DNA of 40,000 bases, taken from Bifidobacterium breve. Lineage in GTDB: Bacteria > Actinomycetota > Actinomycetes > Nanopelagicales > Nanopelagicaceae. Shown here piece by piece: positions 17,466-27,051 of the stretch. The stretch lies in NCBI GenBank assembly GCA_945881945.1, contig CAMCVO010000008.1:24461-64460 (forward strand), written 5' to 3'. The notes under the pieces are model-generated. The model ran no database searches. It was not told the origin of the DNA and saw nothing but the letters and a program-made list of their open reading frames with translations. The position numbers and the translations under genes were made by a program. The first letter of the stretch is position 1, and each line of letters opens with the position of its first letter.

Positions 17466-20126
17466 GTGGGTTTATTAGACAAGATTTTGCGTGCGGGCGA
17501 AGGCAAAGCTGTTAAACAGCTAGCAAAAATTGCACTAGAGGTTAATAGATTTGAAAATCAAATAGCATCATTAGATGATGAGAAGCTACAAAGTAAAACT
17601 GCAGAGTTTAAATCGCGGTATGAGAATGGCGAAACTCTAGATTCTATTTTGCCTGAAGCCTTTGCCGTTGTACGAGAAGCAGCAAAACGAACTCTGGGGC
17701 AACGTCATTATGATGTACAAGTGATGGGTGGTGCTGCACTTCACCGAGGAAATATTTCAGAAATGAAAACTGGTGAGGGCAAAACCTTAGTTTCAACCCT
17801 ACCGGCATATTTAAATGCTCTTACTGGCAAAGGTGTCCACATTGTTACTGTCAATGATTATTTAGCAGAGCGTGATAGTGAATGGATGGGTCGGGTTCAT
17901 AGATTTCTTGGTCTAAAAGTAGGAGTAATCCTTGCCAGCATGTCATCTTCTGAACGGCGTGATGCATACGCAGCAGATATAACTTATGGCACCAACAATG
18001 AGTTCGGGTTTGATTATTTGCGAGACAACATGGCATGGAGTTTGGCAGATTGTGTGCAGCGTGATCATAACTTTGCAATTGTTGATGAGGTTGACTCAAT
18101 CTTGATTGATGAGGCACGAACTCCGCTTATTATTTCTGGGCCGGCAGATAAACCAACTAAGTGGTATGTCGAGTTTGCTAATTTGGTAGCAAAACTAAAT
18201 CTTGGTCAACATTACGAAGTGGATACAAAAAAGCGAACAGTTGGTATTTTAGAAGAGGGAGTAACTCGGGTTGAAGAAGCGCTAGGAATTGAAAACCTCT
18301 ATGAGGCAGTAAATACTCCAATGATCGGATATCTAAATAATGCGATTCGGGCTAAAGAATTGTTTAAGCGAGACAAAGATTATGTAGTAATGAACGGCGA
18401 GCTGCTAATTGTTGATGAACATACCGGTCGAATGCTTGCTGGCCGGCGTTATAGCGAGGGATTACACCAAGCTCTAGAGGCTAAAGAGCGGATTGAAATC
18501 CAAAATGAGAATCAAACATTGGCGACAATCACCCTACAGAACTACTTCCGCTTATATAAAAAATTAAGCGGCATGACCGGTACCGCAATGACTGAAGCTT
18601 CGGAGTTCATGCAAATATATAAATTAGGTGTTATTCCAATTCCAACGAACAAAGATATGCAAAGAATTGATCAATCCGACTTAATTTACAAATCTGAGGC
18701 CGGTAAATTTGTCGCAGTAGCAGATGACATAGTTGAGCGACATAAAAAAGGGCAACCAGTATTGGTTGGAACAGTCAGTGTTGAGAAATCAGAAGAGCTG
18801 TCTGCAATTTTGAAAAAGCGTGGCATTCCTCACGAAGTATTGAACGCTAAGCAACATGAACGAGAAGCAGCGATTATTGCTCGTGCTGGCACAGTTGGTG
18901 CGGTCACAGTTGCAACTAATATGGCCGGCCGTGGAACGGACATTATGCTTGGCGGTAATCCAGAATTTATGGCAGATTTTGAGTTACAACGTAAAGGATT
19001 GAATCCAGTTGATTCACCACAAGAGTATGAAAAAGCTTGGCCAAGTGAGATTGAAAAACAAAAAGCAGCGGTGGTAAAAGAGCATGAATCGGTAGTTTCA
19101 TTAGGTGGCTTATATGTTTTGGGTACCGAACGCCATGAATCTCGACGTATTGATAACCAGCTTCGAGGTCGTTCTGGCCGTCAAGGTGATCCAGGAGAAT
19201 CAAGATTTTATTTATCTCTGCAAGATGAGTTAATGCGCAGATTTAACTCTGGTTTAGTTGAAAGATTCTTGGGTGCCGCTGGCATGCCAGAGGAAACCCC
19301 ACTGGAGTCAAAGATTGTTAGTAATGCAATCAAATCTGCTCAAACTCAGGTTGAGTCGTTAAATTTTGAAATGCGTAAGAATGTTTTGAAGTACGACGAT
19401 GTGATGAATAAACAGCGAACAGTTGTATATTCGGAAAGACGTGAAGTTTTAGAAGGTGTTGATATTAAGGAGCTAGTTGAAGTCTCACTGAAAGAGACAA
19501 TTACCGCTTATGTAAATTCAGCAACACAGACAGGCGTGGCTGAGGATTGGGATCTAAAAACTCTATGGAATGCCCTAAGGACTCTGTATCCAATCTCCTT
19601 TACTTCTGAGCAGATGCTGTCTGAAATTGGCGGGGCTGTTGCATTAGATAATGATTATTTGCTGGAGAGAATTTTGGAAGATTCAAGACAAGCATATGAA
19701 AAGCGCGAATCGGAATTAACCCCTACCGTAATGCGGGAGCTTGAGCGAAAAATTCTGCTTTCAGTCCTAGACCGTAAGTGGCGTGAGCATCTTTATGAAA
19801 TGGACTACTTACAAGAGGGGATTGGCTTGCGCGCAATGGCTCAGCGAGATCCACTTGTTGAATATCAGCGGGAAGGCTTTGATTTATTTTCAGCGATGAT
19901 GGAGGCTGTTAAAGAAGAGCTTGTCAGTTTTGTTTTCAATGTTGAAGTCCAAGTGGAAGGTGATCAGGTTGGTGCAAAAGGATTAACTCCTGCGCCCGCG
20001 CCGATTGCAGCACTTCAATACTCTGATGCTGAGACTAAGCCAACTGTTGCTGGTGGAACTTCAAAAAATGCCCCTTGTCCATGTGGCTCTGGTAAGAAAT
20101 ACAAGAGATGTCATGGGGAAATTTAA
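17466..20126 (+). CDS. secA: preprotein translocase ATPase SecA
   Basis: 'EMKTGEGKT', '[19 protein letters not shown]', and the C-terminal zinc finger '[14 protein letters not shown]'. GGAGGA RBS before GTG 17466. Confidence 0.97.
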   Translation: MGLLDKILRAGEGKAVKQLAKIALEVNRFENQIASLDDEKLQSKTAEFKSRYENGETLDSILPEAFAVVREAAKRTLGQRHYDVQVMGGAALHRGNISEMKTGEGKTLVSTLPAYLNALTGKGVHIVTVNDYLAERDSEWMGRVHRFLGLKVGVILASMSSSERRDAYAADITYGTNNEFGFDYLRDNMAWSLADCVQRDHNFAIVDEVDSILIDEARTPLIISGPADKPTKWYVEFANLVAKLNLGQHYEVDTKKRTVGILEEGVTRVEEALGIENLYEAVNTPMIGYLNNAIRAKELFKRDKDYVVMNGELLIVDEHTGRMLAGRRYSEGLHQALEAKERIEIQNENQTLATITLQNYFRLYKKLSGMTGTAMTEASEFMQIYKLGVIPIPTNKDMQRIDQSDLIYKSEAGKFVAVADDIVERHKKGQPVLVGTVSVEKSEELSAILKKRGIPHEVLNAKQHEREAAIIARAGTVGAVTVATNMAGRGTDIMLGGNPEFMADFELQRKGLNPVDSPQEYEKAWPSEIEKQKAAVVKEHESVVSLGGLYVLGTERHESRRIDNQLRGRSGRQGDPGESRFYLSLQDELMRRFNSGLVERFLGAAGMPEETPLESKIVSNAIKSAQTQVESLNFEMRKNVLKYDDVMNKQRTVVYSERREVLEGVDIKELVEVSLKETITAYVNSATQTGVAEDWDLKTLWNALRTLYPISFTSEQMLSEIGGAVALDNDYLLERILEDSRQAYEKRESELTPTVMRELERKILLSVLDRKWREHLYEMDYLQEGIGLRAMAQRDPLVEYQREGFDLFSAMMEAVKEELVSFVFNVEVQVEGDQVGAKGLTPAPAPIAALQYSDAETKPTVAGGTSKNAPCPCGSGKKYKRCHGEI

Positions 20127-20581
20127 ATCAAATTTAAATCAGTGCAGATCCATCGCTTGTCTACTCCTTCAAGTCTTAAAGAAAGTGATCTAACTCGGTC
20201 AATAACTCGCAAAGTTACGGTAACTTCAACTACCCCTTCAATGGGTTGGTTTAAATAGATCTTCCTGATCTGACATTTTTGTGTTGCGGCGCTCACGTGC
20301 TCAAGGATTTGCTTTTGTGCAGAACGGTGACAATTACCAGATAACTGAGAGATTGATCTTCGACCAGACCAAACCTCAATTACTCTAATTACAAAAGATT
20401 CACACCACCTGCTTACCTCAGGAAGCTCAGATAAACCTGACGGTATTGGTGAGAACTTTGGGTGTAACCACTCAATACCAAACTCTTTATCAACTGCTGG
20501 AACCAGGTAGAGCTTATTTTTCAAAACCTTTTCGGTAGAGATTACAGTTTGGTTATTTGTCATAACCAGATCCTTGATCAT
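20123..20581 (-). CDS. Rv3235-family protein (conserved actinobacterial, function unknown)
   Basis: '[23 protein letters not shown]...VVEVTVTLR' fits the Rv3235-like pattern. It is convergent with secA as in other Actinobacteria. Confidence 0.6.
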   Translation of the reverse strand: MIKDLVMTNNQTVISTEKVLKNKLYLVPAVDKEFGIEWLHPKFSPIPSGLSELPEVSRWCESFVIRVIEVWSGRRSISQLSGNCHRSAQKQILEHVSAATQKCQIRKIYLNQPIEGVVEVTVTLRVIDRVRSLSLRLEGVDKRWICTDLNLI

Positions 20582-20594
20582 TAGATTTGGTGCC

Positions 20595-20626
20595 AGATCA
20601 TCCGTTCGGATGATCTTTTATCTTTG
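20595..20626 (+). promoter_or_regulatory. perfect 9-bp stem / 4-nt loop inverted repeat followed by a T-rich tract (terminator-like hairpin or operator)
   Basis: AGATCATCC-GTTC-GGATGATCT (20595-20616) followed by TTTATCTTTG. It lies in the 67-bp divergent spacer between the Rv3235-like gene and the SAF gene. Confidence 0.4.
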
Positions 20627-20648
20627 TGACTACTGGTAAAAAGTTAGA

Positions 20649-21242
20649 ATGAAAATTTCAAAAATTGATGTGTTTAGAAACTCAAGGCTTGCGATGGGTC
20701 TAGCACTATTTATAGTTGCATTAACTGCCGCCAGTCTTATTTCTAAGGAGGCCAATAGAACCGTTTTGGTTTGGGCTTCGACCGGTGATCTTGCACCTGG
20801 TCAAATTGTTATGCAATCTGACATTACACCCGTATCAGTTTTACTGGCGCAATCTGCAAAAAATTATTTGTCCTCCTCAGCCGAGATTGTTGGTACTACG
20901 GTCTTAACAAAGATCTCAATGGGAGATTTAATTCCAGGCTCGGCTATTGGTGCTGGTAGTAACTTTGTAAATCAAAGACTCTTCCCATTAACGGTAGCAC
21001 TCTCTGATATTCCTATCTCCCTAGCTAGAGGTGATGTAATTGATCTTTATGCACTTAATGCATCAAATGCTAAGGAGTTGGTTGCTCCAGTGTTGCTTGG
21101 CTCTAGTATTTCCGTCGAGCAAGTTCTTGAGCGTAATAATTCAGGAGTCGTCAGTGTTCTAGTAATCCTTGAAAATGAAGAGATACTTCCCATATTAAAT
21201 TTTTTAGGCGATAGTAGATTAATAATTGTTAGAACTCGCTGA
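20649..21242 (+). CDS. SAF-domain membrane protein, CpaB/RcpC-like (Flp pilus assembly)
   Basis: N-terminal TM 'LAMGLALFIVALTAASL' followed by the SAF-like 'VLVWASTGDLAPGQIVMQSDITPVSV'. It precedes a TadZ-like gene. Confidence 0.6.
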   Translation: MKISKIDVFRNSRLAMGLALFIVALTAASLISKEANRTVLVWASTGDLAPGQIVMQSDITPVSVLLAQSAKNYLSSSAEIVGTTVLTKISMGDLIPGSAIGAGSNFVNQRLFPLTVALSDIPISLARGDVIDLYALNASNAKELVAPVLLGSSISVEQVLERNNSGVVSVLVILENEEILPILNFLGDSRLIIVRTR

Positions 21243-22161
21243 GCCTCGTTTAAAAATAATCACTGCAATTAGCAATAGTGAGCAAGAGGGAGCTGTAGTA
21301 ACGCTACTGCATTCACAAGGTTGCAACATAATTTACCGTGCCTTGAATTATTCAATACTTTTGAATTATCTGGCACAAAATGAAATTGATGTTTGCGTTC
21401 TTTACTCATTGTCGTTCGCTGAACTTAAAGAAATGAATAACTTGCAACACAAGTATGTAAACCATAGATTTATTGAAGTCAATGAAAAGATTGATCACCT
21501 GCAATTGATAAATCAGCTAACTGCTCTGCAAAGGCCATCACTTATCTACCGACCAAAAAGAGTTAATAATGTGGTCTCAGTTTTTGGAACCCCAGCCTCG
21601 CCAGGGATTTCAACTCTGACTAACCACCTAGCAAGACTAAAGTCTGCAAAAATAATTGCCGCAACACATGGGAATATTCGTCCTGAGACGGTAGTGACTG
21701 TTGACAAGATTTCGGCGCATGAGTTGGATCAAAAACTTGCTAATCTCGGTAATGAAATAACAATCATTGACGCTGGTGCAACACTGTCGCTAACGAAAAC
21801 TCTATCTGACCGACGCGGTACAGCTCATTGGCTAAATCTGAGTCTTACTTGTTCGGCGAAAATTATTTATGTGACCGCTGCAAGTATAAATGGACTTTCC
21901 TATTTAGCTGAATTTATTAATGACTTTAAAAACTTGATAAATCCACCTCAGATAATCTACGTATTAAATCAGCATCGGATTGACCGGCAAGGGCAAATAC
22001 TTCAGAAAAAATTCATTGAGCTAGCTGGTCCGGTAAGCAATCTATTAATTCCATTTGAACGCAGGATAGATAGTTTGCAGGTAGGCACTCAGCACGGTAT
22101 GGGATTTTGGCGCAGCAACACATTCACTAGGCAGGTTGAAAAAATATCCAATCAACTGTGA
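21226..22161 (+). CDS. TadZ/CpaE/Ssd-like (MinD/ParA-fold) protein with a degenerate P-loop
   Basis: The N-terminal ~110 aa are receiver-like. In 'VVSVFGTPASPGISTLTNHLA' the deviant Walker A would normally be GxxGGxGK[ST]. 'ITIIDAG' is Walker-B-like. The call is by pattern, not by search. Confidence 0.5.
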   Translation: MLELAEPRLKIITAISNSEQEGAVVTLLHSQGCNIIYRALNYSILLNYLAQNEIDVCVLYSLSFAELKEMNNLQHKYVNHRFIEVNEKIDHLQLINQLTALQRPSLIYRPKRVNNVVSVFGTPASPGISTLTNHLARLKSAKIIAATHGNIRPETVVTVDKISAHELDQKLANLGNEITIIDAGATLSLTKTLSDRRGTAHWLNLSLTCSAKIIYVTAASINGLSYLAEFINDFKNLINPPQIIYVLNQHRIDRQGQILQKKFIELAGPVSNLLIPFERRIDSLQVGTQHGMGFWRSNTFTRQVEKISNQL

Positions 22162-22185
22162 TGGTGAGGCTCTACCATTGAGCCT

Positions 22186-23652
22186 ATGGCCACTATCTCT
22201 GATTTGATAACTGAGAATTCAAATTTGAATGCGAACGAAGTTGAGCATCTTTCCGAATTAGTAGCCGAATGGCGACTGTTGGCTGATTTATCATTTGCAG
22301 ATTTATTGCTTTGGTTACCAATTCGCCGTGATGAAAAATCTTGGCCAGAAGGACATTTAGTTATTGCACAAATCAGGCCAACCACCGCAGCTACGATATT
22401 TGCAGATGATCTGGTTGGCACCACAATTAATTGGGGGCAGCGACCACTAGTTGATCAAGCCCTATCTGAAGGTGAAATTATCAAAGACACCAAACCTGAA
22501 TTAGTTGGGCAAACTCTTATTAAAGAGGAGACAATTCCTGTAATTTTCAATGGAAGAATTCTGGCAGTTGTTTCCAGGCACCGAAACGCAGATTTAATGC
22601 GACAACCTTCAAAGCTGGAATTAAATTATAGAGAGATCGCCCACAAGATATATAAAATGGTCGCTGAAGGAAATTTCCCAATTAGAAATTCTTTGTATAG
22701 CTCAGAGTCATCTCCAAGAGTTGGAGATGGGTTGATCAGATTAGATGTGAATGGCGTAATATTTTTTGCTTCTCCAAATGCTAGATCAGCTTTAAGTAGA
22801 ATTGGTTTTCATCGGGAGCTTGAGGGTGAAAATCTAGGGGCAGTATTCTCAAATTTAAATAAGGGAGATAATCAGCCGACAGATGAATCATGGCAAACCG
22901 TACTTAATGGTAAGTCTCTGCGACGAGTTGAGTATGAAAGCCAGTCTGCAGTACTAGACATTTTAGTTATTCCATTAACTGAAGGTAATGATCGAATAGG
23001 CGCCATCGTGCTAGTACACAACATAACTGAACTTCGTTATAGGGACCGAGCCCTAGTTACAAAAGATGCAACTATTAAAGAAATTCACCATCGGGTAAAG
23101 AACAATTTACAAACTGTCTCAGCATTGCTTCGGTTACAAGCTAGGCGTGTAACCGACCCGATTGCCATATCTGCCCTTGATGAAGCAGTACGTCGGGTGG
23201 CATCTATTGCACTTGTCCATGAGACGTTATCTAATCAATCTTCAGAGTATGTTGAATTTGATTTGGTATTCGAACAAATCATTAAGAATGCTTTAAATCT
23301 TAATCCTAGGATTATTGCTTACAAAAAAATGGGAGTTTTTGGATCTTTTGACTCAAAAACTGCCACGGCACTCTCACTGGTAATTACTGAATTAATTCAT
23401 AATGCATTAGAGCATGGACTTAATGAATCTGGAGATGAGTTGACTGTCGAAATCAACAAAAACGGTAACCAATACCAAGTAAGTATTTGTGACAATGGCC
23501 CTGGGTTACCTAGAGACTTCAGTATTGAAAAGTCAGCTAATTTAGGTTTGCAAATAGCTAATACACTGACGAAAAATGAATTGAATGGCAGTATAAACTT
23601 AGTCAGGGTTGGAAACTTAACTCGAGGAGATATCTCCTTCGAAACACATTAA
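22186..23652 (+). CDS. pdtaS: GAF/PAS sensor histidine kinase PdtaS
   Basis: H-box 'HHRVKNNLQTVSALLRLQ' (HisKA_2), 'ELIHNALEHG', 'DNGPGLP'. Tail-to-tail with whiB1 as Rv3220c/Rv3219. Confidence 0.85.
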   Translation: MATISDLITENSNLNANEVEHLSELVAEWRLLADLSFADLLLWLPIRRDEKSWPEGHLVIAQIRPTTAATIFADDLVGTTINWGQRPLVDQALSEGEIIKDTKPELVGQTLIKEETIPVIFNGRILAVVSRHRNADLMRQPSKLELNYREIAHKIYKMVAEGNFPIRNSLYSSESSPRVGDGLIRLDVNGVIFFASPNARSALSRIGFHRELEGENLGAVFSNLNKGDNQPTDESWQTVLNGKSLRRVEYESQSAVLDILVIPLTEGNDRIGAIVLVHNITELRYRDRALVTKDATIKEIHHRVKNNLQTVSALLRLQARRVTDPIAISALDEAVRRVASIALVHETLSNQSSEYVEFDLVFEQIIKNALNLNPRIIAYKKMGVFGSFDSKTATALSLVITELIHNALEHGLNESGDELTVEINKNGNQYQVSICDNGPGLPRDFSIEKSANLGLQIANTLTKNELNGSINLVRVGNLTRGDISFETH

Positions 23653-23918
23653 AAAGAGTTTTGATTTTCCATCTGGCGAGCTCGATTTCTAGCAGCCCGT
23701 CGTTTCATAGCTCGTCTTTCATCTTCAGATAATCCGCCCCAAACTCCAGCATCTTGCCCGCTCTCTAGCGCCCAAGCTAAACATGGCTCTTTTACTGGAC
23801 ATCTTTCACATATCTTTTTTGCCTCTTCAATTTGAGCTAAGGCAGGGCCTGTATTACCTACCGGGAAGAAGACCTCTGGATCCTCCTCGCGACAAGCTGC
23901 TTCATGTCGCCAATCCAT
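23649..23918 (-). CDS. whiB1: WhiB-family Fe-S transcription factor, WhiB1 type
   Basis: 'MDWRHEAACREEDPEVFFPVGNTGPALAQIEEAKKICERCPVKEPCLAWALESGQDAGVWGGLSEDERRAMKRR' is nearly colinear with M. tuberculosis WhiB1. Confidence 0.92.
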   Translation of the reverse strand: MDWRHEAACREEDPEVFFPVGNTGPALAQIEEAKKICERCPVKEPCLAWALESGQDAGVWGGLSEDERRAMKRRAARNRARQMENQNSF

Positions 23919-24240
23919 AGGGCAGCAACTCCTTCGATAAAATAGTGTTAATTAGTAGTCAAGAAAATCAACTGTCTTATTATCTCCCTAATTTAATTAA
24001 TAAACAAGGATATTTTGCTAAGAAAATAGAATATTTCAGATTTGTAGATGAATTCAGCTGCCAATTATGCCCTTGCCTGCAGTGAAGCCAGCCACTGCAC
24101 CTTTGCAGGTTGAGGAGTTAATTCCTGAGCGAACAGGGTAAAAATCAGCTATAGGCCATGATTAGCAGTTAAAGACATCACAATTTTATTTGCTAATTTT
24201 TCATATTGCACTGCTGCAATTAATAGGGGAGAATTATCCA

Positions 24241-24774
24241 ATGAGCCAAACAGCGTATTTTGCTACAGGTTGTTTTTGGGGGGCAGAGCGCAGATTCTGG
24301 AAGCTAGATGGAGTAATTCAAACTTCTGTTGGTTATATGGGTGGAAACAAACCAGATCCAACTTATAAGGAGGTTTGTACCGGCTCCACAAATCATGCAG
24401 AGATGGTAGAGGTTATTTTTGATCCACAAGTAATTTCCTATAAAAGACTACTAGCCGAGTTTTGGGTCATGCATGATCCAACCTCGCTCAATCAGCAAGG
24501 CGGAGATATCGGAACGCAATATCGCTCAGCGATATATACCACTACCGCTGAGCAAAATCAGCAAGCATTTGATAGTAAAGAGATTTATCAAGGTGAGTTA
24601 AATGAAAATCTGATGGACAAAATTGTTACTGAAATTCTGCCTGCTACAGGAGTTACCTACTGGTTAGCAGAGGAGTATCACCAAAGATATTTAGAAAAGA
24701 ACCCAAATGGCTATGACTGTCACTCTTCAACCGGGGTGCCTTTCCCGTCAGCATTAATGAGCGATAATGGATGA
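24241..24774 (+). CDS. msrA: peptide-methionine (S)-S-oxide reductase MsrA
   Basis: Active site 'GCFWGAE'. ATG 24241 has an AGGGGAG RBS. The ORF-track TTG 24190 extension is not supported. Confidence 0.92.
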   Translation: MSQTAYFATGCFWGAERRFWKLDGVIQTSVGYMGGNKPDPTYKEVCTGSTNHAEMVEVIFDPQVISYKRLLAEFWVMHDPTSLNQQGGDIGTQYRSAIYTTTAEQNQQAFDSKEIYQGELNENLMDKIVTEILPATGVTYWLAEEYHQRYLEKNPNGYDCHSSTGVPFPSALMSDNG

Positions 24775-25222
24775 GATAACGCCAGTAAACTCAAAAGGTG
24801 ATCTATACAAAGTTCAGATCGATGAACAGGAGCTAGCAAGCCGGGTTGATCCTCTTTCCTTTGATGTTTTAAGAAAATCCGCAACCGAGACAGCTTTCAC
24901 AGGTGAATACACAGATACTGAAGTAGTTGGTGTTTATAAGTGCAAAGCTTGTAACGCAGAATTATTCAGATCTGACACAAAATTTCATTCAGGATGTGGC
25001 TGGCCATCTTTTTATGCGCCAACTGCGGATGATGCAGTTGAGTTAATCGAAGATCGTTCGCTTTACCCAAGAATCCGAACCGAGGTTAGATGTTCTGCTT
25101 GTGGCTCACATCTTGGTCATGTCTTTACGGGCGAGGGATATGCTGTGCCTACCGATCAAAGATGGTGTATTAATTCAGTTGCATTAGAACTAGAGGCAAA
25201 GAATCAAATTAATAACCGCTGA
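24767..25222 (+). CDS. msrB: peptide-methionine (R)-S-oxide reductase MsrB
   Basis: Zn site 'CKAC...CSAC', 'GWPSF', catalytic 'RWCINS'. 8-nt overlap with msrA. Confidence 0.92.
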   Translation: MDEITPVNSKGDLYKVQIDEQELASRVDPLSFDVLRKSATETAFTGEYTDTEVVGVYKCKACNAELFRSDTKFHSGCGWPSFYAPTADDAVELIEDRSLYPRIRTEVRCSACGSHLGHVFTGEGYAVPTDQRWCINSVALELEAKNQINNR

Positions 25223-25247
25223 TTATTTAATGGGCTAGGCTTGAACA

Positions 25248-26381
25248 ATGAGCGGTGAGGTTGATCTAAGCAAGTTAACTACGGAAACTCAGGTAGTTGC
25301 TGCTGGTCGGCCGGCGAAGCAGCCAGATGGCGCACTAAATCCTCCCATTGCCCTTAACTCAACATTTCATGAAGGTGGACCGATTGGTTATGGCCGCTAT
25401 GGCAATGAAACTTGGAGTGCTTTAGAGGATGCGATATCAATCCTTGAAGGTGGAAAGTCATTAATTTTTTCATCAGGCATGGCAGCCATCAGTTCAGTTT
25501 TCTCATTACTACCGGATGGCGCGGTCGTCGTAGCTGCAAATAATGGATATCAAGGAACTACTACTTTGTTACAAAAGTTGCATGAAAGTAAAAGACTTGA
25601 GGTTAGATTTGTAAATCTAGCAAATACTGATGAGACTCTCTCTGCAATACCGGGAGCTCAGATGCTCTACCTTGAATCACCCATCAATCCACTTTTAGAG
25701 GTTGTTGATCTACCAACTGTAATTAGGGCGGGCAAGGCAGCAGGTTGTGGGGTGGCAGTTGACAACACTTTAGCAACTCCACTGTTACAAAAACCACTCA
25801 CCCTTGGCGCGGATATTGTTATTCATTCTGTTACAAAGTATCTATCTGGCCACAGTGATTTAATTTTGGGCTCTCTAAGCACAACAGATCCAGAACTTTA
25901 TGCCCGACTAGAGCAATCTCGTAGATTTGGCGGAGCAATTGCTGGACCCTTTGAAGTTTGGATTGCGTTGAGGGGAATTCGAACCTTTGCAATTCGCATG
26001 CAAAGATCTCAAGAAAATGCACTGGAGTTGGCTACGCGCTTATCTAAAGATGGAAGAATAACAAAAGTTAGATATCCAGGCTTGCCAACTGATCCATATA
26101 ATTTAATTGCCAAATCCTTTATGAAAGGATTTGGTGCAATGATCTCCTTTGATGTTAAGGGGACCGTCGATCAGGTTGATTTGATGTGTAATAGTTCAAG
26201 ATTAATTACCAATGCCACATCCTTGGGTGGGGTGGAATCAATCTGGGAGCGCCGGCGTAGGTGGGCAACTGAGAGCAAATTGGTGCCTGAAAATCTCGTT
26301 CGGTTTTCAGTTGGAATTGAAAATGTGGATGATCTTTGGGCTGATATTGAGCATGCCTTTACAGCAGCCAAAATTAAATGA
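25248..26381 (+). CDS. Cys/Met-metabolism PLP enzyme (cystathionine gamma-synthase/gamma-lyase family)
   Basis: PLP-lysine motif 'HSVTKYLSGHSD', 'SLGGVES', length 377 aa. Specificity cannot be read from the sequence. Confidence 0.8.
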   Translation: MSGEVDLSKLTTETQVVAAGRPAKQPDGALNPPIALNSTFHEGGPIGYGRYGNETWSALEDAISILEGGKSLIFSSGMAAISSVFSLLPDGAVVVAANNGYQGTTTLLQKLHESKRLEVRFVNLANTDETLSAIPGAQMLYLESPINPLLEVVDLPTVIRAGKAAGCGVAVDNTLATPLLQKPLTLGADIVIHSVTKYLSGHSDLILGSLSTTDPELYARLEQSRRFGGAIAGPFEVWIALRGIRTFAIRMQRSQENALELATRLSKDGRITKVRYPGLPTDPYNLIAKSFMKGFGAMISFDVKGTVDQVDLMCNSSRLITNATSLGGVESIWERRRRWATESKLVPENLVRFSVGIENVDDLWADIEHAFTAAKIK

Positions 26382-26866
26382 GCTCAGTAAAAATCAGATC
26401 TGCTGAATTTTCAGATTTACCAGTAATTTTTCAGTTCATCCATGATTTAGCAAAGTATGAAAAAGCACCAAATGAGGTTGAGCTTTCACTTTCAGAATTA
26501 GAGGAATCTCTTTTTAATAAGAATCCACAGGTCTATTGTCTGATTTCAGAGCTGGATGGAAAAGCCACTGGATTTGCAGTTTGGCACTTAAATTACTCAA
26601 CCTGGTTGGGTAGGCATGGGGTTTATTTAGAGGATCTATATGTTGACCCAAAGTACCGTGGCTTAGGTCATGGAAAGGCGTTGCTTAGAAAGCTTGCTCA
26701 AATATGTATTGAGCGTGGGTATAAAAGACTGCAGTGGTGGGTTCTGGATTGGAATGAAACCGCCATTGAGTTTTATAAATCCATTGGAGCACAACCTATG
26801 GATGAGTGGACGGTATTTAGAGTTTCTGGGAGTTCACTGGAAAAACTCGCCACAGATGGAATTTAG
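26378..26866 (+). CDS. GNAT N-acetyltransferase of the SSAT (spermidine/spermine, diamine or thialysine N-acetyltransferase) type
   Basis: 'LAKYEKAP', 'YLEDLYVDPKYRGLGHGKALL' and 'WWVLDWNETAIEFYKSIGA...WTVFRV' track the human SAT1 motifs from memory. ATGA overlap with the preceding gene. Confidence 0.7.
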   Translation: MSSVKIRSAEFSDLPVIFQFIHDLAKYEKAPNEVELSLSELEESLFNKNPQVYCLISELDGKATGFAVWHLNYSTWLGRHGVYLEDLYVDPKYRGLGHGKALLRKLAQICIERGYKRLQWWVLDWNETAIEFYKSIGAQPMDEWTVFRVSGSSLEKLATDGI

Positions 26867-26901
26867 TAATACCCAAACTTAAAAGATAGTAGATTTATCC
26901 C

Positions 26902-27051
26902 ATGATTAAAGCTCTCAAACGACTTCTTGCACTCCTTGCCGGAGTACTAGTCATATTTGGTGCAATCAAAAGTATCTTTAATTGGTTGGCCCGTTCTGAA
27001 AATGATGAGTATGAAGTATGGAGTGATGATGAAGAGAGAGAAGACGCTTAA
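26902..27051 (+). CDS. small (49-aa) single-pass membrane protein with acidic tail; not in the supplied ORF track
   Basis: Sequence is MIKALKRLLALLAGVLVIFGAIKSIFNWLARSENDEYEVWSDDEEREDA. The TAA stop abuts the TTG start (27052) of the next membrane protein. No clear RBS. Confidence 0.4.
   Translation: MIKALKRLLALLAGVLVIFGAIKSIFNWLARSENDEYEVWSDDEEREDA

Noticed and set aside
23919-24047. CRP/Cmr-type site (TGTGA-N6-TCACA) upstream of whiB1, as described for M. tuberculosis whiB1.
   Set aside because: The best candidate, TGTTAATTAGTAGTCA, matches only one half-site. That is not distinguishable from background in AT-rich DNA.
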